A stretch of DNA of 46,868 nt from Candidatus Dormiibacterota bacterium (GCA_035947855.1 DASZJR010000147.1:1-46868), one strand, 5' to 3'. Shown: positions 18,524 to 26,608, counted from the first letter of the stretch. Numbers and translations: made by a program. Notes: generated from the sequence alone by a model not told the origin.

Positions 18524-18555
18524 AAAAAAAGAGCGGGCGCCCGGGGCGCCCGCTC
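18524..18555 (-). terminator. rho-independent terminator of the GlsB-family gene
   Basis: Perfect 11-bp stem gagcgggcgcc/ggcgcccgctc (18531-18555, 3-nt loop), followed on the minus strand by a T7 run (18530-18524). Confidence 0.8.
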
Positions 18556-18574
18556 TCGATTGCCTGGACTTGGC

Positions 18575-18832
18575 TCAGGCCGCTGCCCGATTACCGGTCA
18601 CCAACCGGACCAGGAACAGCAGGATCACGGCGCCGATGAATGCCGCGATGAAGCTGATGATCAGTCCGCCGCTGGTCACACCGAGCAACGTCGAGAACAG
18701 CCACCCGCCGAGGAACGCGCCGATGACGCCGACAACGACATCCATGAGGACTCCGTACCCGTGGCCGCTGACGACCCGCCCGGCCAGGGCGCCCGCGATT
18801 CCGCCGATGATTAGAAACACGATGAGATGCAT
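18575..18832 (-). CDS. GlsB/YeaQ/YmgE-family (transglycosylase-associated) stress membrane protein
   Basis: 85 aa, IIGGIAGALAGRVV...VVVGVIGAFLGGWLF glycine-zipper pattern. SD GGTAGGAGGAA upstream. Confidence 0.85.
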   Translation of the reverse strand: MHLIVFLIIGGIAGALAGRVVSGHGYGVLMDVVVGVIGAFLGGWLFSTLLGVTSGGLIISFIAAFIGAVILLFLVRLVTGNRAAA

Positions 18833-18928
18833 GCGTTCTTCCTCCTACCGATGAAAGTTGGTACTGACATACTTGTACCCGGTTTGCATCTAATATGTCA
18901 ACCCTGCTATCACAATATCGGTCCGGGG

Positions 18929-19522
18929 TCAGCTGGCGAGCTGCTGGTCGAGGGTCGACAGAGCCCGGCTTTCGCCTGGCACCCCGGCGAAGAGATCCCG
19001 TTCCAGGACCCCGGTAACCCAGGGATCAGGAAAGGCTCGAACAAACAGTTCCGCCGACCGGCCGGCGCCTACGGCGATCGAGGTGGTCACGCTCACCAGC
19101 GGGCTGGTGGTCGACGTCCGGTAATAGAGCTTGGCCGGTAAGGCGGCGGATCCGCCGGCGGTACGGCGCACGCGTGAGAAAGCCCACGCCGTGGCATCTC
19201 TGACGGCCGGCTCTGTACCATCGGCGACCACCACGTGCGGGCGGACCCCGGCCATGACGTCGGCAAGGAGATCCTCGAGCACGGCCGCAGTGAGCTCGCT
19301 CGGCGCATAGTCGAGCAGGAGGAGGGCACGCACGCCCAGCCGGCGCAGGGCCGGCAGGTGGTCCACGCCTTGCCAGTCCCGAGCACCGGCACAGACCAGG
19401 GTCACATCGGTGCCCGAGGCCGCATAGTGGGCGAACGCGGTTCCGCAGAAGTCAGCGGCCTGGTTTGGATCCGCCACGACGCCCAGCAGTCGAAAGGGCA
19501 CATCGGGTAATCGAGCGGACAC
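18929..19522 (-). CDS. PIG-L/LmbE-like protein with a degenerate metal/catalytic motif
   Basis: 3' portion of track ORF 18929..20047 from GTG 19522. LLGVVADPNQAADFCGTAFAHYAASGTDVTLVCAG parallels vlvvaAHPDDExlgcGGtla..G..V.vv..T, but HPDD is replaced by DPNQ. The start could instead be TTG 19660 (see findings). Confidence 0.5.
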   Translation of the reverse strand: MSARLPDVPFRLLGVVADPNQAADFCGTAFAHYAASGTDVTLVCAGARDWQGVDHLPALRRLGVRALLLLDYAPSELTAAVLEDLLADVMAGVRPHVVVADGTEPAVRDATAWAFSRVRRTAGGSAALPAKLYYRTSTTSPLVSVTTSIAVGAGRSAELFVRAFPDPWVTGVLERDLFAGVPGESRALSTLDQQLAS

Positions 19523-19533
19523 GCGGATTCTTT

Positions 19534-19645
19534 CAAAGGGGCCCCGCTCCGGCGTGAAAAAGCGGGGAGAAAAGGGGCCCCGCTCCGGCGTGAAAAAGCG
19601 GGGAGAAAAGGGGCCCCGCTCCGGCGTGAAAAAGCGGGGAGAAAG
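19534..19645. repeat. 3 x 36-bp perfect tandem repeat (plus 4-nt partial unit), each unit a 7-bp-stem hairpin
   Basis: Units at 19534-19569, 19570-19605 and 19606-19641: (c/a)aaaggggccccgctccggcgtgaaaaagcggggag. Units 2 and 3 are identical; unit 1 differs at its first base. ccccgct/agcgggg form inverted arms. Confidence 0.95.
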
Positions 19646-19656
19646 TAGCGGCTTGC

Positions 19657-20148
19657 TCAAACGGCGGCGCGGGCGCTGGAAAGCAGGCGGTCGTAGGCGT
19701 GCTTGAGCTGCGGGTAGCGCAAGAAGATCAGGTGGGCAAATTCCTGGGTCAGCGCGCGTGGCGGCCGGATCAGCCGCATGCCCGCCTCGCTCAGCAAACG
19801 GTTGCCCTTCCGCCCGTTGCAGCGCCGGCAGGCGATTACCTGGTTCTCCCAGCTGTTGGCGGCGCCACCACGCGAGGTGGGAACGACGTGATCGACGGAG
19901 AGCTGCGAGGATGGCATCCCTTTGCCGCAGTACTGGCAGGTGCCATCGTCGCGAAGGAGGAGGTTGCGCCGGTTCGCCCGCAGCAGGCGCCTGGGGATCT
20001 GGATGTTGGACAGCAGCCGGACGATGACAACGTCCTGACCAAAGCAACGCCGCGCCATTGCTTGCTCGACCGCCTGCCGGGCAACATCGTCAATGAAGGT
20101 GACGCGCTGCTTGGTCAGCAGGACGACCAGCCGCCGCTTACTGATCAC
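19657..20148 (-). CDS. HNH endonuclease (small McrA-like)
   Basis: CQYCGKGMPSSQLSVDHVVPTSRGGAANSWENQVIACRRCNGRKGNR: the HNH/zinc-finger signature. Confidence 0.85.
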   Translation of the reverse strand: MISKRRLVVLLTKQRVTFIDDVARQAVEQAMARRCFGQDVVIVRLLSNIQIPRRLLRANRRNLLLRDDGTCQYCGKGMPSSQLSVDHVVPTSRGGAANSWENQVIACRRCNGRKGNRLLSEAGMRLIRPPRALTQEFAHLIFLRYPQLKHAYDRLLSSARAAV

Positions 20149-20269
20149 GTTCAGCGGCTGAAGTGAGGCGTTTAGCAGTAGGACGAGTTCGAACGACCTC
20201 CTGTTGTCGGGTTTCCGCCCTCGGGCGCCACTAATATAACGGAGTTCGCTCGCGCAGTTTTCGCCTGAC

Positions 20270-21415
20270 CTAGCTGGCGGCCTTGACCCGCCGGTCGATC
20301 GGGACGTAGGCGACGTCCTTCTCCCCTACGTACTCGGCCCGCGGCCGGATCAGGCGGTTGTCGGCGTACTGCTCGAGCACATGTGCCGCCCAGCCCGCCA
20401 CCCGGCTGACGGCGAAGACCGGCGTAAACATGTCGATCGGAATCCCCATGGTGAAGTAACAGGACGCCGAGTAGAAGTCGACGTTGGCATAGAGGTGTTT
20501 CTGCTGCATCACCACCTCCTCGAGCTTGCGCGAAATCTCGTACCAGCGAAGGTTGCCGATGTGTTCGCCGAGCTCTCGCGACATCTCGCGCAGGTGGGTG
20601 GCCCGCGGGTCTTCGGTGCGGTAGACGCGGTGACCGAAGCCTGGGATCTTCTGATGCGCGGCGAGCCGCTCGCTGACATAGGCCTCGACGTGAGACGGTT
20701 CACCAAGTTTTTGCAGCATCTTCATCACCTGCTCGTTGGCGCCGCCGTGTAGGGGACCCGCCAGCGCGCCGATCGCCGACACGATCGCCGAATACATGTC
20801 GGCCAAGGTGGCCGCCGTCACCCGGGCGGCGAACGTTGACGCGTTGAGCTCGTGATCGGCATGAAGGATCAAGGCCAGGTCCATCGCGCGGACGTGCAGC
20901 GGATCAGGCTCGGCGCCGAAGAGCATCCGCAGAAAATTTTCAGCGTGGCTCCCGTCCGGTTCCGGCTCAACAGGCCTGCGGCCCCGCCGGATCTGTTCGT
21001 ACGCCGCGGTGATCGTCGCCGTTTGGGCGGTCACCCGCAGGGCTTTCGCGACGTTCGCCTCGCGGGACGCGTCGTGCGCCTGCGGATCGTAGAAGGCGAG
21101 CGCAGAGAGGGCGGTCCGCAGCGCGTCCATCGGGGTCGCGCTCCGCGGAAAGTCGTTCATCAGCGTCAAGATCTGGGTGGGGAGCGCTCGGTGTGACGCC
21201 AGCTCAGCGCTGAACTGATGCAGCGCCTCGCGCGTCGGCAGTGACCCGAACCACAGCAGGTAGGTCGTCTCCTCGAAGGAGGAGTTGCGGGCCAGGTCGT
21301 GGATGTCGATGCCCCGATAGGTCAGCTTGCCCTGCGCTCCGATGATGTCGCAGATCGCGGAGTTCGCCGCAATGACATCCTCGAGGCCGGCTTTGGTTGT
21401 CGACATACGAGCCAA
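20270..21415 (-). CDS. citrate synthase (short, ~380-aa type; 2-methylcitrate synthase not excluded)
   Basis: GPLHGGANEQV, GFGHRVYRTEDPRA and DFYSAS citrate-synthase motifs. Confidence 0.93.
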   Translation of the reverse strand: MARMSTTKAGLEDVIAANSAICDIIGAQGKLTYRGIDIHDLARNSSFEETTYLLWFGSLPTREALHQFSAELASHRALPTQILTLMNDFPRSATPMDALRTALSALAFYDPQAHDASREANVAKALRVTAQTATITAAYEQIRRGRRPVEPEPDGSHAENFLRMLFGAEPDPLHVRAMDLALILHADHELNASTFAARVTAATLADMYSAIVSAIGALAGPLHGGANEQVMKMLQKLGEPSHVEAYVSERLAAHQKIPGFGHRVYRTEDPRATHLREMSRELGEHIGNLRWYEISRKLEEVVMQQKHLYANVDFYSASCYFTMGIPIDMFTPVFAVSRVAGWAAHVLEQYADNRLIRPRAEYVGEKDVAYVPIDRRVKAAS

Positions 21416-21454
21416 GTATAGGAACCGGTCATAGACTTACTGCGCGGTACACGA

Positions 21455-22819
21455 GTGAGTTGGAAGTCAGCCGTCAGCGATTCGGGTAAGGGTTACTACA
21501 CGCTGCACACCCAGGAGATCGGGGCCGTCCCGGTACGTCTCTTCCTGACGGCCAACCTGCTCGACCAAGTCGAGGAGTCGATCTATCCCCAGATCGTCAA
21601 TGCGGCCAGCTTTCCCGGCGTCAAGCTGGTTGCGATCACGCCCGACGTTCACCACGGCTACGGCGTGCCCATCGGGACGGTGCTCCTGACGGACGCGGAG
21701 ACCGGTGCCGTGGCCATGGGTCCTGTGGGGTTTGACATATGTTGCGGAATGATGAGCGCCTCCAGCGATGTGCCGCTGAGCGCCGCGACGCCGGAGAATC
21801 GGCTGCGCTTCAATCGGGAGGTCACACGGCGCGTGGCGCTTGGACCCGGCAAGGTCAGCCGTACACAGCTCAAGAGCCTGACGCAGAAGCAATTCGAAGC
21901 GATCATCCGCGGCGGCGCCGCCTACTACGCGCAACGCTACGGCGAGCGGGTGGACCGAACGCGCACCGAGCGTGACCGGCTCCCCGTCGATGACTCGTGG
22001 CAGCCACCCTGGGGCGGCCAGGGACGCCCCGAGCGCGGCGTTCCGCAGCTCGGCACGTTGGGCGGCGGCAACCACTTCATCGAGCTCCAGGGCAACCTGG
22101 GCACCGACACGCTGTACGTCCAGCTGCACTCCGGCAGCCGCGGCTTCGGCCATGGGCTGGCGACGAACTATTTTCGGCTTGCCAAAGACGAGAACCCGGC
22201 CATCAAGGCGCTCGACCTTGGCTATTTCACGCCAGAGTCAGCGCACTACCGCGATTATCTGAACGCGGTGGCGGCCGGCGGGAACTTCGCCATCGTCAAC
22301 CGGCTCGCCATGTTCGAGCAGATCTCGATGGCATTCGAGGAGGTCTTTGGCAAACCACTGTCGCTTGTCTACGAAATCAGCCACAACCTGGTTCAGCGCG
22401 AGCACCATCCGGAGTTCGGGTGGGTCCACGTGCACCGCAAGGGCGCAACACGCGCGTTTCCAGCCGGCTACGACGATCCGCAAGCGGGACACCCGATTCT
22501 CATCCCTGGCAGCAACCGAGATTCGAGTTTCATTCTCCGGGCCGCGGACCAGGCCCACCTGAGCGGCTACAGCGTCAACCATGGGTCCGGCCGCCGGATG
22601 TCGCGCAACGCCGCGAAGAAGGCCTTCAACCAAAATGAGGTGAACACCGCCTATCGTGAGGCGGGAATCGTCGTCAACACCGACGGCCTGGTCCCCATCG
22701 ACGAGTCGAAGGACTGTTACAAATCGTCCCGCGAGGTCGTCGAAGCCGTCACCCGCGCGGGTCTGGCCACGATCGAGCATGAGCTGGTGCCCCTGGCGTC
22801 GATCAAGGGAACGGAATGA
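21455..22819 (+). CDS. rtcB: RtcB-family RNA 3'-phosphate ligase
   Basis: PDVHHGYGVPIG, GGGNHFIELQ, HSGSRGFGH, VHRKGATRA, NHGSGRRMSR. GTG start. Confidence 0.92.
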   Translation: MSWKSAVSDSGKGYYTLHTQEIGAVPVRLFLTANLLDQVEESIYPQIVNAASFPGVKLVAITPDVHHGYGVPIGTVLLTDAETGAVAMGPVGFDICCGMMSASSDVPLSAATPENRLRFNREVTRRVALGPGKVSRTQLKSLTQKQFEAIIRGGAAYYAQRYGERVDRTRTERDRLPVDDSWQPPWGGQGRPERGVPQLGTLGGGNHFIELQGNLGTDTLYVQLHSGSRGFGHGLATNYFRLAKDENPAIKALDLGYFTPESAHYRDYLNAVAAGGNFAIVNRLAMFEQISMAFEEVFGKPLSLVYEISHNLVQREHHPEFGWVHVHRKGATRAFPAGYDDPQAGHPILIPGSNRDSSFILRAADQAHLSGYSVNHGSGRRMSRNAAKKAFNQNEVNTAYREAGIVVNTDGLVPIDESKDCYKSSREVVEAVTRAGLATIEHELVPLASIKGTE

Positions 22820-23995
22820 TCAGGGCGAGAGCGAAACCGTCTGCGATTGCGAGAGCAGCCCGCCGTCGCTGACCGTGATGATGATCGAAGGTTCTGAGGT
22901 CTGAACCTCGACGGCGCCGGATGTCGTTGTCCCCGGCTGCACCAGCTGTAGGGTTGACGAATTCGACGGGGCCAATAGGCCCAATGGCTGGGTGAAGCCG
23001 GAGGCGCGACGGATAACCGGACAGATGATGTACGTGCCTCGAGCGGTACGCGTCACTTTAGGCGAATCAAGGACGAATGTCCGGATCACGCGGTCGATGC
23101 GGCCAGCGTTGAACTCGGTGTAGTAAAGGTTATCGGCGTAATCGAGAGCGATGCCTTGTGGCTGCTGAATGCCGGTGATGACACGGACCTGCCGGCCCTG
23201 CGCGTCGAGCTCGTGGATGGCGTTGTCCCCGAGCGTGTTGACAAAGATATGGCCACCCCGACCAACGAGCACATCATCGGGTGTTGACAAGGTGGCGAGT
23301 CGACGTCGTGCCGGATCGAGCACCCAGAGCGCGCCGCCCTCGTCGGCAACGAAGATTCGCCCAGTCGCGTCGAGGGCGGCCCCGACCGGACGTACCATGC
23401 CGCTCGCGATCTGCGTTGCGGTCTTGCCATCGGCAGTGACGCGCCAGACCACGCCGTTGGGACTGTCCGGCACGATGACATTGCCGCCGGTCGCGAGCAG
23501 ATTTCCCGAAGCATCTCTATCCGGGAGCACCGGGCCGATGCCGTCGAGGCCGTCGCGCCCTGTTCGGTTCGGAAACGCGTGCCAGGGGCTGACCGCGTGC
23601 GTTTGCGGATCAATGGCCACGACACGATTGCGCCCCTGCTCCCCCACCAGGATCCGCCCATCGGCTTGCACGACCATCCCTTCCGGCGCCGACATGCCGC
23701 CGGCGATGCGCTCGACCGAACCGTCGGCCTTTAGCACCGAGACGGTTCCAGCGTTGATGTCGCTGAAGAGCAGGCGGCCCTGATTGTCGAAGGCGAGATC
23801 ATCTGGCGCCGGCTGATTCCGAAGCAACACGTCCGGAGCCGCCGACGCCAGCGAGGCGGGGCAGGCCGCGAGCGTTGGCGCCGTTGGGCTTGCGGTCGCG
23901 CGGTGCGTCGGAGACGCCGTGGGAGCCGGCTCACAGGCGCCAACCGCCAGGAAGACGGCCAGCGATAACAACCAGCGATGACGTTTGACCCGCAT
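22820..23995 (-). CDS. secreted lipoprotein with a beta-propeller (SMP-30/gluconolactonase/NHL-like) domain and a C-terminal beta-rich domain
   Basis: Track ORF 22820..24382 trimmed to MRVKRHRWLLSLAVFLAVGAC (signal peptide plus lipobox-like VGAC). Repeated ...DxxGRxxVxD/E... blades. Confidence 0.75.
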   Translation of the reverse strand: MRVKRHRWLLSLAVFLAVGACEPAPTASPTHRATASPTAPTLAACPASLASAAPDVLLRNQPAPDDLAFDNQGRLLFSDINAGTVSVLKADGSVERIAGGMSAPEGMVVQADGRILVGEQGRNRVVAIDPQTHAVSPWHAFPNRTGRDGLDGIGPVLPDRDASGNLLATGGNVIVPDSPNGVVWRVTADGKTATQIASGMVRPVGAALDATGRIFVADEGGALWVLDPARRRLATLSTPDDVLVGRGGHIFVNTLGDNAIHELDAQGRQVRVITGIQQPQGIALDYADNLYYTEFNAGRIDRVIRTFVLDSPKVTRTARGTYIICPVIRRASGFTQPLGLLAPSNSSTLQLVQPGTTTSGAVEVQTSEPSIIITVSDGGLLSQSQTVSLSP

Positions 23996-24910
23996 GAAAA
24001 GCCGGTCTACGATGGCATCGTGCTCAAAGTCATTTCCGCTCCCGAACTCGCCCGCAACCTCGATCCCATTCTTCAGGCTCTGGAGGAAAGCGGCACCTCG
24101 TTGATCGTCAAACATCACGACCAGCCCGCCGCACTGCTGGTCCGCTTCGACGCCTATGTTGCCATGCTGGCCACAATGGATTACTCCGGGTGGGAGCGCT
24201 GGATCGAGGAAGTGCGAGCGGCCTTCCCGACATCCGTCTTCGCACCACCACGCCGGCCCAAATCCGTTGTCCCCGCCTTCATCGATCCCGAGGACATTGG
24301 TTACGCGCCGCAGCACGGGCAGCTTGGCACTGCAGCGGGGCGGCGCCGGCTCGCCGAGGAACTGGGGACGATGGGCATTCAACTGGACGAGCAGCAGCTG
24401 GGATCCGTGTACTCGCTGGTGCTGAGCCTTGCCGAGCGCAAGCGCGTGCTCTATGCCGAGGATCTGAAGCTAGCCGTCGATGAGGCACTCGGCCGAACCA
24501 CGCCCGGGCGGTACGCCCTCAAAGACGTCCAGGTGCATTCACAAAGCGGGGTGTCGTGCAACGCGGAGGTCTCCCTCACGGACGACGGCACCCTCAAAAC
24601 CGGCAACGGGACCGGGACAGGCACCCTCGATGCGGTGTTTCGCGCGATCCAGGACTTGACCGGTGTGCCGGCCGAGCTCGAAGATTTCAGCCTCGCGGCG
24701 GCGACCCAGGGCACGGACGCGCTGGGCGAGGCGGTCGTGACGCTGAGCCAGGGATCCCACGTCGTCATCGGCCGCGCGATGGCACTAGACGTCATCGAGG
24801 CGGCAGCGAAAGCCTACGTGAATGCGCTGAATTGGCTGGTGCGCCCCCACACCGCGCCTCCCCCGCAAGCGGGAGAAGGAGAAGTGCTGCCGGTGGGGAG
24901 AAACAACTAG
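23978..24910 (+). CDS. fusion protein: Phd/YefM-antitoxin-like N-terminal domain plus LeuA (2-isopropylmalate synthase) C-terminal subdomain-II/regulatory domain; no catalytic barrel
   Basis: N-terminus ISAPELARNLDPILQALEESGTSLIVKHHDQPAALLVRFDAY. Then PEDIGYAPQHGQLGTAAGRRRLAEELGTMGIQLDEQQL, and GNGTGTLDAVFRAI...GTDALGEAVVTL....GRAMALDVIEAAAKAYVNALN (LeuA_dimer pattern). The start may be GTG 24020. The last ~20 codons lie in REP copy E. Confidence 0.7.
   Translation: MTFDPHEKPVYDGIVLKVISAPELARNLDPILQALEESGTSLIVKHHDQPAALLVRFDAYVAMLATMDYSGWERWIEEVRAAFPTSVFAPPRRPKSVVPAFIDPEDIGYAPQHGQLGTAAGRRRLAEELGTMGIQLDEQQLGSVYSLVLSLAERKRVLYAEDLKLAVDEALGRTTPGRYALKDVQVHSQSGVSCNAEVSLTDDGTLKTGNGTGTGTLDAVFRAIQDLTGVPAELEDFSLAAATQGTDALGEAVVTLSQGSHVVIGRAMALDVIEAAAKAYVNALNWLVRPHTAPPPQAGEGEVLPVGRNN
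24845..24886 (+). repeat. REP-like hairpin element, copy E (degenerate), inside the 3' end of the preceding ORF
   Basis: ccccacaccgcgcctcccccgcaagcgggagaaggagaagtg aligns with copy A (34454). Confidence 0.55.
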
Positions 24911-24911
24911 C

Positions 24912-26171
24912 TCAGCGGCGGTTCGAGGCTGAGTCGATCGCCGGCGACGCCGCCGACACGTCGACCGCCGACGGCGCCCAGGCCGGCCAGCGTGCGCGCA
25001 TGGCAATCACGCGCGCCGCGGACGCCTGCACCTGGTCCATCGGGATGGCGCCGCTGCGCACCTGCTGCTTGACCATCTCGATCGCTGACGCCTCGTAGGC
25101 GGCATCAGCGCTGTTCAGCAGCACGAGGTCGTTACCCGCCATCACCGCGGCGACGGTCGCCTGCGGCAGCGCGTAGAGCGTGGTGATTCCGCCCATGCCG
25201 AGGCCGTCGGTCACGATCACGCCCTGGAACTGCAGCTGCTCGCGCAGCAGGCCGGTGACGACCGCACGGGAAAAGAGGGCCGGCGTCCCACTCGGGTCGA
25301 GGCCCGGAACGACCACCGCGGTGGTCATCACGGCGTCGGCGCCCGCATCGATCCCCGCCTTGAAACTGCCCGCCTGGGTCGCGCTCCAGCGCGCGAGGCT
25401 CTCGGAGTCGGTTGGCATAGCGCTGTGCGGATCACCGGCCGCCCCGCCCAGCCCAGGGAAGTGTTTGAGGGTCGCGGCGACCCCTCCATCGTGTAGGCCG
25501 TTGACGGCGGCCGCAACGAGCGGTCCGACCGCGCGCGGATCACTTCCGAACGAGCGGTCGCCGATCACGCCGTCGGCCGGATTCCACCGCAGGTCCGCGA
25601 CCGGGGCAAGGTCGAGCTGGATGCCGAGCGCATGGAGGCCGGACGCTGTGGCCGCCACTGCCCTTCGGACGCCGTCTGGACCGCTGGCACCGAGCTGCAG
25701 TTCCGAGGGAAGCGCGGCTACACCGTCGTGGATCCGCATCACCCGGCCACCCTCTTCGTCGACCGCGATCAGGAGCGGCGCCGGTAGGCCGGCTTCGCGT
25801 CCCAGCCGCTGTAACTCCGTGGTCAACCGGAGAAGACCGGCGGCGTCCGTGAAGTTGTCGCTGAAAATCAGCACGGTGCCGACCTTTTCATCCAGGATCA
25901 GGTGACGCAGCCCGTCGGTGATGTTCGGCCCGCCGAAGCTCGCCGCCATCATCTGACCGACGGCCATGTCCACCGTCAACGGCGCGGGTCGTGGGTCGGG
26001 CGTGGCGGATGGCGTAATGGAACTCGGTGACGGGGTCGGCGTGGTGGTCGGGCCGACGCGCGCGACCTGGGCGGTTGGGCGCGGCGCGCTCGGCCCCAGC
26101 GCCGCCGGAAGCGCCGCCATCAGCAGCAAAACGATCAGGCCGGGACGAACGAGGTAGCGGGCGGGCCGCAC
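24912..26171 (-). CDS. secreted glycoside hydrolase family 3, beta-N-acetylhexosaminidase (NagZ-like)
   Basis: Signal peptide. KHFPGLGGAAGDPHSAMP and VVTDGLGMGG GH3 motifs. Confidence 0.85.
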   Translation of the reverse strand: MRPARYLVRPGLIVLLLMAALPAALGPSAPRPTAQVARVGPTTTPTPSPSSITPSATPDPRPAPLTVDMAVGQMMAASFGGPNITDGLRHLILDEKVGTVLIFSDNFTDAAGLLRLTTELQRLGREAGLPAPLLIAVDEEGGRVMRIHDGVAALPSELQLGASGPDGVRRAVAATASGLHALGIQLDLAPVADLRWNPADGVIGDRSFGSDPRAVGPLVAAAVNGLHDGGVAATLKHFPGLGGAAGDPHSAMPTDSESLARWSATQAGSFKAGIDAGADAVMTTAVVVPGLDPSGTPALFSRAVVTGLLREQLQFQGVIVTDGLGMGGITTLYALPQATVAAVMAGNDLVLLNSADAAYEASAIEMVKQQVRSGAIPMDQVQASAARVIAMRARWPAWAPSAVDVSAASPAIDSASNRR

Positions 26172-26184
26172 CGAAGGCCGCCCG

Positions 26185-26601
26185 CTAGTGCTTGAAGGTG
26201 CGCCCTACCAGCGGTTGAAGGACGGGTTCAAGCAGACTGAATAGAAAACTGAAGATCAGCAGGAAGATCAAGTAGACGAAGAAGACGCCAGCGACGACGA
26301 TCCCGATCAGGAGTCCCTTGGAGAAGCGCTCCATATCGAGCCGCACGACCTTGATCAACAACCCGGCCATCAGCAAGCCGAAGGCGGCGCCGATCGGGTT
26401 GGGGAATCCCAGCAGGGCACCGATGGGAACGGCCAGGTAGCAGGCGAACTCGGGCAGGGTCCGCGGCATCAGCGAACGTCGCGGCGCAATGACGGCGGCG
26501 GCGGCGGCCGGAGCAGCGAGGTAGCCCTTGCATTTCCCGCACGTCTGGTTCTCGGGCGCGTTGTAGCGGTACCCGCAGTGCGGGCAGGCCTTGAGGGTCA
26601 T
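26185..26601 (-). CDS. membrane protein with an N-terminal zinc-ribbon (CPHCG...CGKC)
   Basis: 138 aa, MTLKACPHCGYRYNAPENQTCGKCKG followed by 3 predicted TM helices. Confidence 0.65.
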   Translation of the reverse strand: MTLKACPHCGYRYNAPENQTCGKCKGYLAAPAAAAAVIAPRRSLMPRTLPEFACYLAVPIGALLGFPNPIGAAFGLLMAGLLIKVVRLDMERFSKGLLIGIVVAGVFFVYLIFLLIFSFLFSLLEPVLQPLVGRTFKH

Positions 26602-26608
26602 CGCTGCC

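Noticed and set aside
19534-19645. Possible CRISPR array (36-bp repeat length is CRISPR-like)
   Set aside because: The units are directly abutting with no spacers. There are only three copies and no cas genes in the window. It is better described as a tandem repeat/VNTR.
18929-20047. 372-aa track ORF spanning the PIG-L-like gene, the repeat array and part of the HNH gene
   Set aside because: Upstream of 19660 it runs in an alternative frame of the well-supported HNH gene (19657-20148) and gives an Arg/Pro-rich product. Only the 3' part (to 19522, possibly 19660) is credible.
20187-20194. GTTCGAAC palindrome upstream of the HNH gene as a LexA/Cheo-type SOS box
   Set aside because: It has the wrong arrangement: SOS boxes of Gram-positive type are GAAC-N4-GTTC. 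I found no convincing GAAC-N4-GTTC or TCGAAC-N4-GTTCGA site by eye anywhere in the intergenic regions.
22820-24382. 520-aa version of the beta-propeller protein
   Set aside because: The N-terminal 129 codons overlap the Phd-LeuA ORF on the other strand and precede a clean signal peptide/lipobox starting at Met130 (ATG 23995). I trimmed the gene to 22820-23995.
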